From: Nemertoderma westbladi
Taxonomy: Eukaryota; Animalia; Xenacoelomorpha
Direction: 5' to 3'
DNA: 64,000 nucleotides
Assembly (NCBI GenBank): GCA_032718475.1
Contig: JAUCBJ010007275.1
Location: forward strand, 1-64,000
The first letter of the stretch is position 1, and every line of letters begins with the position of its first letter. Of the stretch, positions 11,232 through 23,673 are shown one piece after another. Made by a program: the position numbers and the translations under genes. Under the pieces are notes generated by a model. It had not been told where the DNA came from. It ran no database searches and saw only the letters and a list, made by a program, of their open reading frames with translations.

Positions 11232-13699
11232 ATTATCTTGCTCGTATCGTGTTTTTCCTATCTTTCTATGATACAGCGGTTTATTTCATTCAGATATTCC
11301 CAACTTAGAATAAACTTCGGTTTTCTGGACAGTTTTATTGCAAACAATGCTCACCTTCTCAATCAATATATTATGGGAAATGCGTCCTAGAAATTAATTA
11401 ATACTTTATCCTAAATATTTAACATAATTAATTAATTAATTTATACCTTATCTTATATATTAACATCGTCATAAGCTACGCACATAGTTCACTATTGGTA
11501 TTACGCTAAAGATTTATTTGTTAAAAAACATATAATTATCTAAATCAATATTATAATCCCACATTATTAATAGTTATTTATAATAATTATAAAATATATG
11601 AAATGCTCTATATCTTGAATTGTTTCACGTAACAACATACTCACACGCTCGCACCCAATATATATATATATACATTAATATATAAAAATTTCGTCTTCTT
11701 CCAATATACATACTGCTATATTTAACGAAGTGCAAATTTTCTGGTGCCGTTTCGCAGTAGATTTAGCCTTAATTTTTATTGCCTCTGTAACGTAAATTAT
11801 AGGATTTGTGACTAGACTGTGTGCTCGCTCCTGCTAGCTGTTGTGTTTAATTTTACATTAGGTTTAGCCATGCCGCGTGGATGGTTGAACTGGAAATTAA
11901 TAGGTACGATTTTGTTATTTTTTCGTTATTTCTACTGTATTTAGCAAGTTAATTTATAGACTTTTATATTTAAAGGCTCTTGTAACTATTAACTGTTGTG
12001 CTAGTATCGCTGAAACCAATAATTACTGTTATTATAACTTTATACTACTGGTGTAATTACTTGTTAATATAATTAAATGTTTTCAACTTTTATCGGTACA
12101 GGCGGCCTTTACTTATTTCTGATATTCTAACACCTTTCTAATATTATTTCGTATCTGAGTCTTATCTTTCAGATATGTAACATAGATATTATTTATTCCA
12201 CTATAGAATAATTATTTACATCTGCCTGTTTAATAAGAATGTGATAAAAAGTATAGCTTTATTACACGCTGTTATTGAAGTGTCGCTTCTTGAATATCAT
12301 GCACGTTAATTCAGCAAACATCATAGGTGAAGTAGGCCTATTATTTACTGTATTTTTCGTCTCGAAATAATTCTTCAATTATTAAGGTGTATTTTGTTTT
12401 GCAAACAATTTATTATCAGTGTATAACTTTAAAATCCGATACTGCTAACGTATAGGCTAACTGTATTGCTTTACACTCCATCTAAATATATTATATCGCA
12501 GAGTGAAAAAATATAATATCGGTGTGAAATTTCAACTGAAACTGACGTTATTTTTTCTCGAAATAGAAGACGGATTTGTCTTCAGTATCTTTCAGAGTAA
12601 TATCAAGGTTTTATTTCAGATTCAGAAAAGTTCCCAAATTAAGATATATTTCTCGCATAATAAAGCGAAGTAGTTTTGTATTTATGCCGAAACCATTAAA
12701 CTGTTTCCACTACAACTGCCGAGCAGAGCTTCCGGGAATGCAGACCAAGATAATCTGTAAGTTCCTGTAAATTTATATTTCTAGAATTTCCTGGGTGTTG
12801 AATGCTACACACACAATTAATAATCGCACTGTAAGATAATGCCTCGCATCCATTCAGATTCATCTCGGTGCAGATTAATCAGAAAGTCAATAGAAGATTG
12901 ATTGTATGGGATGGCCGTCGAAACGCAATGAATATATTAATTGGAACCTTTATGGTTGTAATGGGTGAGACAAAGTTTCCCTATAGAGTATCTTTATTGT
13001 TAGCCAGGCAACCAGCCAGGCCAGGTAAGTAGGCCTAGGCCTACTGTAATTCGAATATACAGTATATTAGCTTAGAATGAAGAACGGACGCGCCTGCTCC
13101 TATATCCTACACATACCTTGTAAATTATTAATGACTTTCGACTTTACTTATAATGGAGCTGTTTCTTCCCAGCTTAATTAAAGAATGTCGACTGATTGTC
13201 ACTCAACGGCCGAGCTACATATATGGATGGGAGGCATTAGCACTTATCGGCTGCTTGCCATCGAACAAGATTGTGAACAGGCTGTTCAGCTCATGATAGC
13301 AGGGGCCAGTAAGTCGTGTCCGTCGTGCCTGTAGGGTGGGGCTGCTTTTGGCAATACAATGTTAGAGATTGAAGAACGACTCATAGGCCCTGGTAGGTAG
13401 GCGGATGCTTGCCGCCGTTGTTGTCTGCTTTTGTTCAATTGTTCTAATCCTTTTGATTAACGCGGTTTCAATTAAAACATCTTCCATCGAAAATGTTGAA
13501 CTTCAAACTTATAGTAATTCTCAAATTAATTTAGGCCTAGTTTAGTTTTAAAATTTGCGTAGACCTATAATGTATAGCTACACGAGACGCCAATCATATT
13601 TGTAACCGCATGCTGTGAAATTTTCCAATTTTTTTTCCAAATTGTCTTAAATACTAGGGCTACTACTATCGGAATGCTGCGCAATATATCAATAAGAAT

Positions 13700-14280
13700 G
13701 CTGTGCCGGCTTGTCGATAGAATAGCGCCGTTACAACTCCCTATCACCCATGACATTTGCTAGATCATCCGCATCTTCAAGGCCAGTGTCCTTTAAGATG
13801 CGTCTCAAGAAAGTCATGGGCTGTCCACCATGCTTACAGAATGCACTCCATGAGACCGCCAAAGCACAATATTATGCACTGTCTGGAGCTCACGGCGAGG
13901 CGATGTCCTGCAAAGCGGAGGCGGCTCCGTGATAAGCTAAGGGAGACTGATGAAACACCTTCAATGTTGAATAAAGTCTGATTGGAGATGTGTTTATTGC
14001 ACTTGGCACGGTGAACCAGACGTGGCATTCTTGTGAATGTGCCATCCAGAGATTTGGTATCCTCTGCAGTTAGAGCCCGAACTCCACTCTAAACGTACTG
14101 GTACTACTGTTGCCCTAAATAATCGATCCTTGAGGTTGTGTTGTATTCTAAGGGATTTCCAAATCCAGGACAGACTATTCAATGCTACCCATGTCTTGCC
14201 CTTACGCATCTGAAGGTCTTAACCTGACTTGCAGTTCCATGATCCAAAGTACCAGAAGTTCACATGCTCAAGCAAGCCGT
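13700..14280 (-). mobile_element. Decayed 3' fragment of an RTE-clade non-LTR retrotransposon
   Basis: Broken translation WVALNSLSWIWKS...LKDRLFRATV...LDGTFTRMPR...HISNQTLF...RSRLRFAGH is typical of the RTE C-terminal region; a second copy lies at 39085-39430. Confidence 0.8.
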
Positions 14281-15263
14281 CCCTGGAGCCCTTACGATCA
14301 GACATTGGATGAGAATGAGTTTGAGTAGGGAGACTTGACTTTAGGGGAGACTTGATTTTTTGAATAACTAAAAAAAACTATTGTGAATTATTTGACAATA
14401 CCACACAATAACGTGTAAAATACATTTAGGCAAAACCCGCGCAACAATGTTTTATTAACTTGTGGATATTTTTGGTTTTATTGCCATAAACGTTTTCTGG
14501 GTTAAAAAGTAAATTTTTATCCTTTACAACGAATGACAATTTGCACCAACCCTTTCTTCCCTCTTTACAACTGTGGTTTTATCGTACCGACAACGCGTGA
14601 TTGACAGCTTAAAGTAAATGCCGCTGCCTCAGATGGTGTCACACGTCAATTGAATTACAGGAAAACAATTATAATGCGCCTGTGTTGAAAATTATACACG
14701 AATATATTTATTATGAAAAAGTGCTCCACCGCGTTAAATTTTATTGCGGTTTTAATTAACTATTAATTATTTCGTCCTTGTTAGGAGAACCATACCAATT
14801 TTGTATTTATGTGACGGGATCCGAGTTGGTTATATAAAATACAATTTTTAAAAAATAATTTGACAAATTAATAATCGCATTTTTTGCTTTTTCTCTGCTC
14901 TACTATAAAATACTGTAGACATGTTGAACATGTAATTACTGTATTTCACCTAATGGATTTTTGTACGAATTTACAAAAATGGGAATGTGGGCTCAAGTAG
15001 TCTCCCTCCCACCCTATGTGTCAAGTCTTGTGTTAAATGTGTTAAAACAAACTGTGTTAAACCAAATGTGTTTTCCGATGTAAAATTTTATGGTAATCCC
15101 GAATCTGAAATCAGTTTTTGATAAGTTGTTTTGTTTTCGAGTTATTGTAACTTTTGTAATTTTCATCCAAAATTTGAAAATTTATAATTTTGGTACAGCA
15201 CCGCATTTGACACCAAAAAAGACCATCAAACACCCAGAAATGTCGAAATATTTTGCCATTTTC

Positions 15264-16646
15264 GGAATCAGCGCCGAAAATTAGCCTATAGGTATCGATA
15301 CCGCAAGAGAAGATCATTTTTTAAAAATTTAAAAAATTTCACTTTTGGTGCATGTTTGGTCAGTTGTAATCAGGAGGAAATTTAAAACACGTTTTTCTCG
15401 GTTTATCGTTTTCTTCCTGCTGTAATTTTTAACTGATTTGAATTATGTTTGCGTTTTTTCGAAGCTCTTGGTGTCGCCAACAAACGATAGGCCTACTACC
15501 AGATTCATTTTTTTTTTAATTATATCAAAAGTTACAGCATTTAAAATATCAAAATATGCCAAAAATTCTAGTATTTTCAAAATTCGGGTATTTTTAGGAT
15601 ATTTTGATATTTTAATTGCTGAACTTTGATATAATAAAAAAAAAAAAATCTGGTAGTACAGTACAGGCCACCAGAAAAAGCAGATTTCATCCAATGTGAT
15701 CACATGTGAACACATTTGTTCAAGTCATCTGATTGACAGGTTATGGCGAGTTATCTTCTAGATCACACAGCAAGAGGCAAACTTGCCGGGACCGACAAAG
15801 GCTGATGTCTGTATGTCTGATATCAGGTATATGAGAGAGCCCCCAGGGCGTAACATTGCGGACATGGGCTGTATTGGTAGAGAGAGAACTACATACAAGA
15901 CCACATGGAGGTTAATGGAGTGGATGGGTATAACCTATGGATGGAGGAGCCTAGACCATTGAATAATTAATGTAGTGCAGGGAGATGTCGCGCCATTATT
16001 AGTCTGACACCGAGAGGGCACAGAGAAACACCAGAAGATGCCTTAATATCACTAACTATAGGCCTGCCTACTAGACACTATTAACCGCACACTATAAAGG
16101 TAAACAAAATCCTTATCGCATTTCCAGCTGCAGTGAGTGACAGTTCGCGGCAAACTACAGAGTGTTTCCAGATTACTAAGCGTTTCAAAAGTATTCAATT
16201 GTATCCTTTGGCGAAAAAATTTTGGTTGTTGCCAATTCAATTATGTTCAATTATGTTCAATTGTCCCGTTCAACAACATTACATTACACTGGTACACATT
16301 TGATAAAATGCGTTCACAATTGTACAAATCTGCGATTCCACCTTGTGTTTCTCCCCGCAGAAGAGACATATAGGGGAGGTCTGGTGGCCTGTACTGTATC
16401 TTAGGTTGGCGATACCAAGAGCTTCGAAAAAACGCAAACAGAATTAAAATCACGTAAAAATTACAAAACTACTGTAGTAGGGAATTATGGGAAAAAAATT
16501 ATAAACCGAGAAAAACGTGTTTTAAATTTCCTCCTGATTACAACTGACCAAACATGCACCAAAAGTGAAATTTTAAAATTCTCTAAAATTCTAAAGATCT
16601 TCTTTTCCGGTTTTTGATACCTAGGCTAATTTTCGGCGCTGATTCC
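15264..16646. mobile_element. Foldback/MITE-like element with long inverted arms, containing a nested MITE
   Basis: About 15264-15405 is inverted at about 16503-16646 (e.g. TTTGGTCAGTTGTAATCAGGAGGAAATTTAAAACACG / CGTGTTTTAAATTTCCTCCTGATTACAACTGACCAAA). Outer limits are uncertain. Confidence 0.65.
15659..16396. mobile_element. Tc1/mariner(pogo)-type MITE, copy 1
   Basis: TIR CAGTACAGGCCACCAGA...TCTGGTGGCCTGTACTG, flanked by TA on both sides; near-identical inverted copy at 47896-48645. Confidence 0.85.
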
Positions 16647-17009
16647 AGTATATACTTCAGTATATATTTTTTTTTGCAGAAGAGAAAGAAAATTAAAACC
16701 GAAGTTATGAGAAATAATTATTTGTAAACTTTCTTATGTCACTGGGTCGTCTGCATTTAATTTCAGTGGTGTGCCTTTTGTACATGGGGGGGGGGGGGGG
16801 GGGGGGGGGGGGGGTCTGTTGTTAAAAGTGGATATCCTCAGGGACATCCAGGGGTTATCACCAAGTTGGAGAACGCCCATCGATTAATTCCTACCAGGAC
16901 GTGTCGTGTAGGCCTACATCATCTAAAAACAAATTGTAACTCCCCTAAGTTGAGTTTGTTCGAATATTAATTATAGCTCATTCAATTATTATGCAATTTG
17001 AGAAAACAT

Positions 17010-17366
17010 ATAATTGGGTTCCACTAGTTGGGTTACCCTAATTGGGTTCCACTAGTGCTTAATCTTAAAACATATACGGGGGTTCCACTAGTTGGGTTAC
17101 CCTAATTGGGTTCCACTAGTTGGGTTACCCTAATTGGGTTCCACTAGTGCTTAATCTTAAAACATATACGGGGGTTCCACTAGTTGGGTTACCCTAATTG
17201 GGTTCCACAAGTTGGGTTACCCTAATTGGGTTCCACTAGTGCTTAATCTTAAAACATATACGGGGGTTCCACTAGTTGGGTTACCCTAATTGGGTTCCAC
17301 AAGTTGGGTTACCCTAATTGGGTTCCACTAGTGCTTAATCTTAAAACATATAATTGGGTTCCACTA
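17010..17366. repeat. Composite tandem repeat: 28-bp unit GGGTTCCACTAGTTGGGTTACCCTAATT inside a 92-bp higher-order unit
   Basis: AATCTTAAAACATA recurs at 17061, 17153, 17245 and 17337 (92-bp period). Confidence 0.9.
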
Positions 17367-18171
17367 CTACTGTGTACTATTACACTAACTACTGTAAGTG
17401 GCTTACACTGGATTTAACTTTTTCTTTTAGGATTGCCACCCGGGGGATCCCGATTTTCGGTATCGGGATTGCAATTTTGAATTTAATTTTCTTAAAGTTT
17501 TCAGCGTGCTAAGAACTTGAAGGAGGGCGAGTCATGTAGTAAAATAATCGTTACCAGCCAGACTATTCGAAATAGGGGTTGAGCGACAAAGGATTTAAAG
17601 ATGAAGACAGAAATGGACTGAAGATTTTATCGTGGAATATTTGTAAACTTCGAGACAAGATATCAGATGACAAAGTTCTAAAGTATATTAGTGAATACGA
17701 TTTAATATGGTTGTAGGAAGTAAAAACGAAACTGAAAATATTGATTCCAGGTTTTAAGTCTTTTACGAGGTCGAATCGTAGTGACGAACACGGTGGGGTG
17801 ATTTTATTAATAAAAAATAACTTAGTTATCGCGTGGGGGTTATATTGTTCCCAAGGATTCGCCATATTATACAGATGTGCAAGGGGTGTTTTACATAGTT
17901 TCGCAAAATCAAAACGTAAGGAACTCTTAATTTATGGAGATTTAAATGGACATGTTTACGATCCAAATAATACGCACGGGATGGAATAAAATCGCGATTA
18001 GTCAGAGTTGTAATTTGAAGATTCTAAATAACGTTCCGCCATCACAAGAAGATTTAACGTTTAGAAGGAGAAAGATGAGTCAAGTGGATTTGTGTTCAGT
18101 TTCCTCGGGATTGGGGGTGTCTTGTTAATCGTGCCATCGATTAAGGAAGGTCGTCTTATAACGATTACATA

Positions 18172-18729
18172 TATTAAGGCAACAATAAAAAGCGCAAATA
18201 ACTTAAACTTCATGGTTTGAGAAATAAAGATTCTAAAATAACAGCTGACGTTTCGATTTATTTAACAATAATAATTTTCAAAGCAAAAATAAATACCTGA
18301 AAATTAGTGAAAGACAGTACTAAATACAAAATACAATAATAAGGCTGGTGAAGATTGCAATAACAATACAAAAAAAACTATTTCCCAAATAATGGGTGTT
18401 GTGGCTAGTGTGCACAAAAAGCCTTCCATATTCAATTACAACCTTTTTGTGCACACTAGCCACAACACCCATTATTTGGTAAATTATTGTTTTTTTGTAT
18501 TGTTATTGCAATCTTCACCAGCCTTATTATTGTATTTTGTATTTAGTACTGTCTTTCACTAATTTTCAGGTATTTATTTGTTTTTGCTTTGAAAATTATT
18601 ATTGTTAAATAAATCGAAACGTCAGCTGTTTTTTTAGAATCTTTATTTCTCAAACCATGAAGTTTAAGTTATTTGCGCTTTTTATTGTTGCCTTAATAAG
18701 CTTCAGATTACCAGCAACTCAAACTCTAT
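18172..18729. mobile_element. Palindromic Penelope-like (PLE) pseudo-LTR insertion with a hammerhead-like motif
   Basis: About 250-bp near-perfect inverted arms (18172-18420 / 18444-18698) plus a ~30-bp tail. CGATTACATATA on both sides (18162, 18730). GCT-TTGAAAA-stem-CGAAACGTC-AGC motif at 18586-18626. Confidence 0.6.
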
Positions 18730-20698
18730 CGATTACATATATGGTTGACATCACTACAAGATACAAAGTTTGGGTTCCTAAAAGAGCAATTATAGATAAA
18801 TACAAGTACAAGGAGGAAATGGAAGTACTGTACTAGCAACTACAGTAGTTATAGTACAGTTAAACCGAATATTGATTCAATATTGGTATCATTAGACATG
18901 TTGTCGAATGTTTGTAAAGAAGCGACTGATAAAGCAAAAGTGCAACCAAGGGTAGACAGATGTCCAATAAATAATGATTTGGGTAGGATGGGTGGGATAA
19001 ACTTCTGCGTGATAATGACTCAAAAACAGTATGGAAAGCAATAAATTGGAAAGGATGCATAGACACTTCAGTTGCCAACTCCAGACCAAGTGATTCAGAT
19101 TTTCGTGACCACTTCACCAATCTTTTAAACGATCCATCAGCCGATCATGTTGATATGGTAGACTCATCCCAGTGCCCCTATATCCCTGACCTGTATGACC
19201 CCATTTCACCTATGGAAGTAGACATGGCCTTGGGAAAGTTAAAAATAAATAAAGGTGCTACTGGTATTGAGCCTGTGTTACTTAAGAATGTATATATTAG
19301 TATAGTAATTTTCATATCTTTTATATTAAGTGCAATATTTTTAATTGGTGTGACTCCTATACATTGGACTTATAGCAAATTAACTGTGTTAGTTAAGAAA
19401 GGTGAGAGAAATTGTACTAATTTCAGAGGTATGTGTTAGTGATTCTTTAGCTAAAAGCTATGATTATATTTTAGCTTTAAGGTTGAGTCGTTAGTGGAAA
19501 CCAAATATGGGCTCAAGCGGGAGGGCAGAAGGGTAGATCATGTTACGAGCAGATTTTGACATTAAGACTATTTATTAATAGACTATGCGATGTGTAAGAA
19601 GGTTAGGTTGTTTATTGTCTTTGACTTTTCGAAAGCGTACGATGAGTATCTAGAGCGAAGATGATAGCTAAATTAGTGGCTTTAGGATGTGGGATAAATA
19701 AAATATGGTTGCCGCAATAAAATCGTTGTATAGAGTAACAAATTTTCGTTTTAATTCTATGGATTTCGAGTGTAATTTAGGCGTTCGTCAAGGGGCTCCA
19801 ACAAGTTTATTTTTGTTGACATTGTATGATCTATTAGCTCCAAACTAGTATCTCAAACAATTACATGTGCTATTATTCATGGACGATGCTGCTATTTTAG
19901 TGGAATCGAGATTGCAATGTTTTTCTAAACTAGATGTACTAAAGCAATACTGTGAATTACATTGTACAGTATGTCTATAAACGAAGTTAAAACTAAATTT
20001 ATGGTGATCAATGGTACTGCCGATGACAGGGTAGCATTTAAGATTGGTAATATAATTATTAAAAATACATTTGCGTTGCGTATGTTTATTTAGGTGCTCA
20101 ATTTACACAGGACGGCCGAATGACGTCTGTTATTAATTTGCATGTTAAGGAATGTCAGAAACACGTTCATAAATTTGCGGCCTTCTGTGCGGCGAATACA
20201 AATATGCCATTCATACTAAAAAAGAAAGTATTTGATAGTGCATTAATAGCAGCGTTATTATAGTCCTGTGATACCTGGACTACCGAACTAGGATTAGTTG
20301 AAGTAGATGCAATTATATATGCTAATTAATACAAATAAATTTATAACCAGACAGGCAAAAATATCTGGGAGAAGGATGACCCACTGTATACCGCATATCA
20401 TATTTGTAAAGATTCAAACACTCCTGGTTACAGGTATCTTAAAGGATTATTATCTGAAAATGAAAATAATTTCATTCAGTGCAACAAAAATAAATTAATT
20501 TCAGAAATACTTATTAAGACAATATCGTGCAGTAAATTTAAAACTCATATTGAAATTAATCCAGATTTAGTTGTGCATCAAATTTATAAATAAGATAGTA
20601 GGGCAATACCGGACAATTAAAGGCAAATATGAGTAGATTTAGGCTTAGTTCGCACAAACTACGTGTTGGGGTGGGAAGGTGGAGTAGAATACCAGGAT

Positions 20699-22515
20699 TA
20701 GGGATGTCCCGGAATTCCGTTCCGGCCGGAATTCCGGCCGGATTCCGGCTGTTTTTGCCCGATTCCGGTTCCGGCCGGAATTGCCGGAATGGGGTCAATT
20801 CCGGCCGGAATTTTACCGGAATTACCAGGTTCCTAACTAGTTTGATAGTTGCAATTAGTTTGTTAAATTATTATAAACATTTATATATTTTTCAAACATT
20901 ATTACCAATTATATCGTTTAAGATACTTTTCAACACTTGTAAAAAAGTATAGTACAAAAAGTATAGTTTTCTTCGACCGTTAGAGCTAACATTTAAGGAT
21001 GAAAGGCATAGATGCCCCCTGGTTAGCCCCTTCAAACCATTCGTGCCGAATCGAAAACTGCCTTGGACCACATGCGGGGATCGAACCCACGACCCCCATA
21101 GAGATGGGAATTCAATGCAACCACTTCACCAAGGTGGAACCTAACAAACCTATCTAACGAGGGAAAATTCACAGCCACCCCGTTTTTTACAGTGAATGCA
21201 GTGTATGTGCATATGCAGTGCAGGGTATGTAATACATTTCCAAAAAAATTCACTTGGTATTCAAACTAAAGTGGTCCCAACATGTGTTACACCACTTACT
21301 GTAGTATTCATATACAATTCATAACCGGTTTAATTTACATTAACTAATTAAACCCTTTGTCCTTCTGAAGATATTTTATGAAATGCATCATTAGAGGCCC
21401 GTGCTACACTGGTAAGTCGTTTCCAGATTTTGTCTTTAGTCAGATTGTCAAAATGAATGCCTCCTTACTCCATTGGTAACACAAGTCATAAGTCATTTGA
21501 TAAAAAATATAAGATGCGTGTGTCACACACATTTAGTGCATATTTATACCCAAAGTAACCAATCACAGGCATCTTGGCGGATATAACACCTGATTCATTG
21601 TCAAAAGATGGAACATGTCTGACTAAGACTACATAAGACTTAGCAGTGGAACACGGGCCGCCACGAGTGGTTTTTCTCAATTTGCTTATAAAATGACGTT
21701 TTTTAGATTGATTTTACATTGATCTTACAATATTTTACATTGATCTTACAATATTTTACATTGATCTTACAATATTTTACATTTATTTTTTTTACATTAT
21801 TTTACATTGAATTTATAGAATTTACATTGATTTTATATTATTTTACTTTGAATTATTAATTATGATAATATTATGATTGGTATAGTCCAACGTAACATTA
21901 GGATTACCCCTAAATATTTGCAGCTTATTTCCATGGGGGTCCTTTATGTTACTTGGTTACAAACAGTATTACACAATTACAATTACTACTCTAACCTAAA
22001 TCTAATATAAAACGTTATTACAATACATTTACATACATGCATGTCACTGTAACATGCTCCTTTCCCTTAAAGACACTAGGATATTGCACCATAGGACCTA
22101 ATGACGCGAAACCCCATTAGGTTTTTGGTTAACGTAGGTTTTTAGGTATGAGTCTAAAGGCTAAAAACCTAACTTTTGGCCAAAGTTATAGATTTTAGAA
22201 AACAATTATATTGAATTCCCTGTCGTTCAATGCCGAAGTACCATCTCGTCCCCATAATAGGCCATAACGGGCCAGGTCATTCTCCACTCCACCCACCTTA
22301 ATTCCCCCCAAGGTTCTGATTCATCTCATTAACAAACTTAGCTGTAGAAATTAAAAAAAATCCATTTGGTTCACAAAAAATTATAAAGTTTCATGGGTCA
22401 TTTATTGTATTTCATTAATTATAGAAAATTCCGGTTCCGGCTGGAATATTCCGGCATGTTCGATTCCGGTTCCGGTTCCGGCCGGAATCAAAATATCGAT
22501 TCCGGGACATCCCTA
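20699..22515. mobile_element. Non-autonomous hAT element (1817 bp)
   Basis: TIR TAGGGATGTCCCGGAAT/ATTCCGGGACATCCCTA, 8-bp TSD ACCAGGAT, subterminal TTCCGG repeats. Confidence 0.93.
20970..21134 (-). mobile_element. tRNA-derived SINE fragment
   Basis: Pol III A-box TGGTGAAGTGG (21121-21131) and B-box GGTTCGATCCC (21077-21087), followed by a SINE-core-like CCTTTCATCCT; no intact cloverleaf. Confidence 0.6.
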
Positions 22516-22984
22516 ACCAGGATAGAATAGATTTTGTAAATGTGTCAGTACAAACTCATGTATTGTTGGAATGTCCCTTGACAGTAGAAAATATTATAAT
22601 ATAGACTGATATTTATGAAATATAAACCAGAAATTTATTGAGTTTACGATTACAAATATATTAAGTGAACTAGAGCTGTTGTAATTATATTCAGTACGTA
22701 GTAGCGAATTATTCGTATTTTGTGGACCGGATGTGTTATATTGTCATATCATATATTAATGGTAATTTTTTGTCGCATTCAGTCAATAAATATATTAGAG
22801 TTGAAACAGAGACTTGTCACTGATCTCTGATCTCTGGATTCTCCGGGCTATTTTTTGGTCTCCGGATAGGTCTCTGGTTCCCGGGTATTTAAAACAGACA
22901 TTTTACCCAGAGATCAGTGATTTTACAAATTAGAAATAGATATTTAAAAATAGATCCTGTACAACACGAAATGTGAAATGAGGA

Positions 22985-23537
22985 TGTTAGCTTATCCAAT
23001 TCCGCTAACACAAACCCATAGAGTGAGCCATAAAGCAATATTGGGAGCACGAGGTTGATTACCAATCAACCTCGTGTCAGCCCAGTAAACGGGGACAATA
23101 GGCCCCAAAGGAGACACACACAATAAGGGTCAGGGGTTACTCCCCTGACAAGAGAGAGAACAGCAAGGGCGAAGGGAAGCACTTCAGAGGGGGGCAAAGG
23201 GTGCCAACAGGGGTATCAACCAATCAGAGGGGGGAAAGGCATCGATTGAGTAGCAATAAGGCCACCACCGTGCAATATAACCAGTTACCAGTAATCATAC
23301 CGGTCAGTTATTCAGTTTACTCAGTCGGATCAGTAGGGTGGAACGGGGACTTCTGTCACCGTCCGCTACCGCCATTATATATTACCTATTGTGTCATACT
23401 ATATTATATCAACTGTCAGACTATTATACCCTTATACATATTACCCAACATCAGAACTCTTTTACCTTTCACACACGGCGGGGACGCGTGGGCAGAAAAC
23501 CCAAACGGATAAACCGGGATCCGTAGATCCCGTCACA
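22985..23537 (+). repeat. 5' LTR (553 bp)
   Basis: TGTTAGC...GTCACA; appears identical to 30234-30786 (the ORF track gives identical peptides in both). Confidence 0.96.
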
Positions 23538-23673
23538 GTGACAGAACTAGATCCGCCCAGCAGCCCAGCTACCTGACAGAGATAGAATCCTAGCAGCTGC
23601 CCTAACAGTCTGACAGTGATAGAACTAGATCTAACCAACTGACAGACTGTGGCTGCCAGCTACCAAAGGCGAG

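Larger units (their letters stand above)
17600..22791 (+). mobile_element. Decayed APE-RT LINE (possibly RTEX/L2-like), interrupted by two insertions
   Basis: APE remnant LKILSWNI...YDLIWL*E (17618). RT remnants DFSKAYD (19623), GVRQG (19780), LFMDD (19873). C-terminal FRLSSHKL..GRWSRIP|..FCKC..HVLLECP is split by a hAT insert. AATAAA at about 22786; many stops and frameshifts. Confidence 0.85.

Noticed and set aside
7672-11390. Many long Ser/Val/Cys/His-rich ORFs
   Set aside because: They result from a 22-bp unit with no + strand stop codon; overlapping ORFs appear in all three frames.
14326-15016. Possible MITE with GGGGAGACTTGA ends
   Set aside because: Termini are too degenerate and no TSD could be established.
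16786-16814. Long poly-G/poly-C runs (also about 3790, 3835, 44840, 45577) as functional G-quadruplexes
   Set aside because: Simple homopolymers in repeat DNA with unreliable lengths and no supporting context.
21060-21134. Functional tRNA gene
   Set aside because: A and B boxes are present but no convincing acceptor/anticodon stems; it continues into SINE-like sequence.
23201-23526. 103-aa and 62-aa ORFs duplicated at 30450-30775
   Set aside because: Non-ATG ORFs inside the LTRs; their identity only reflects LTR duplication.
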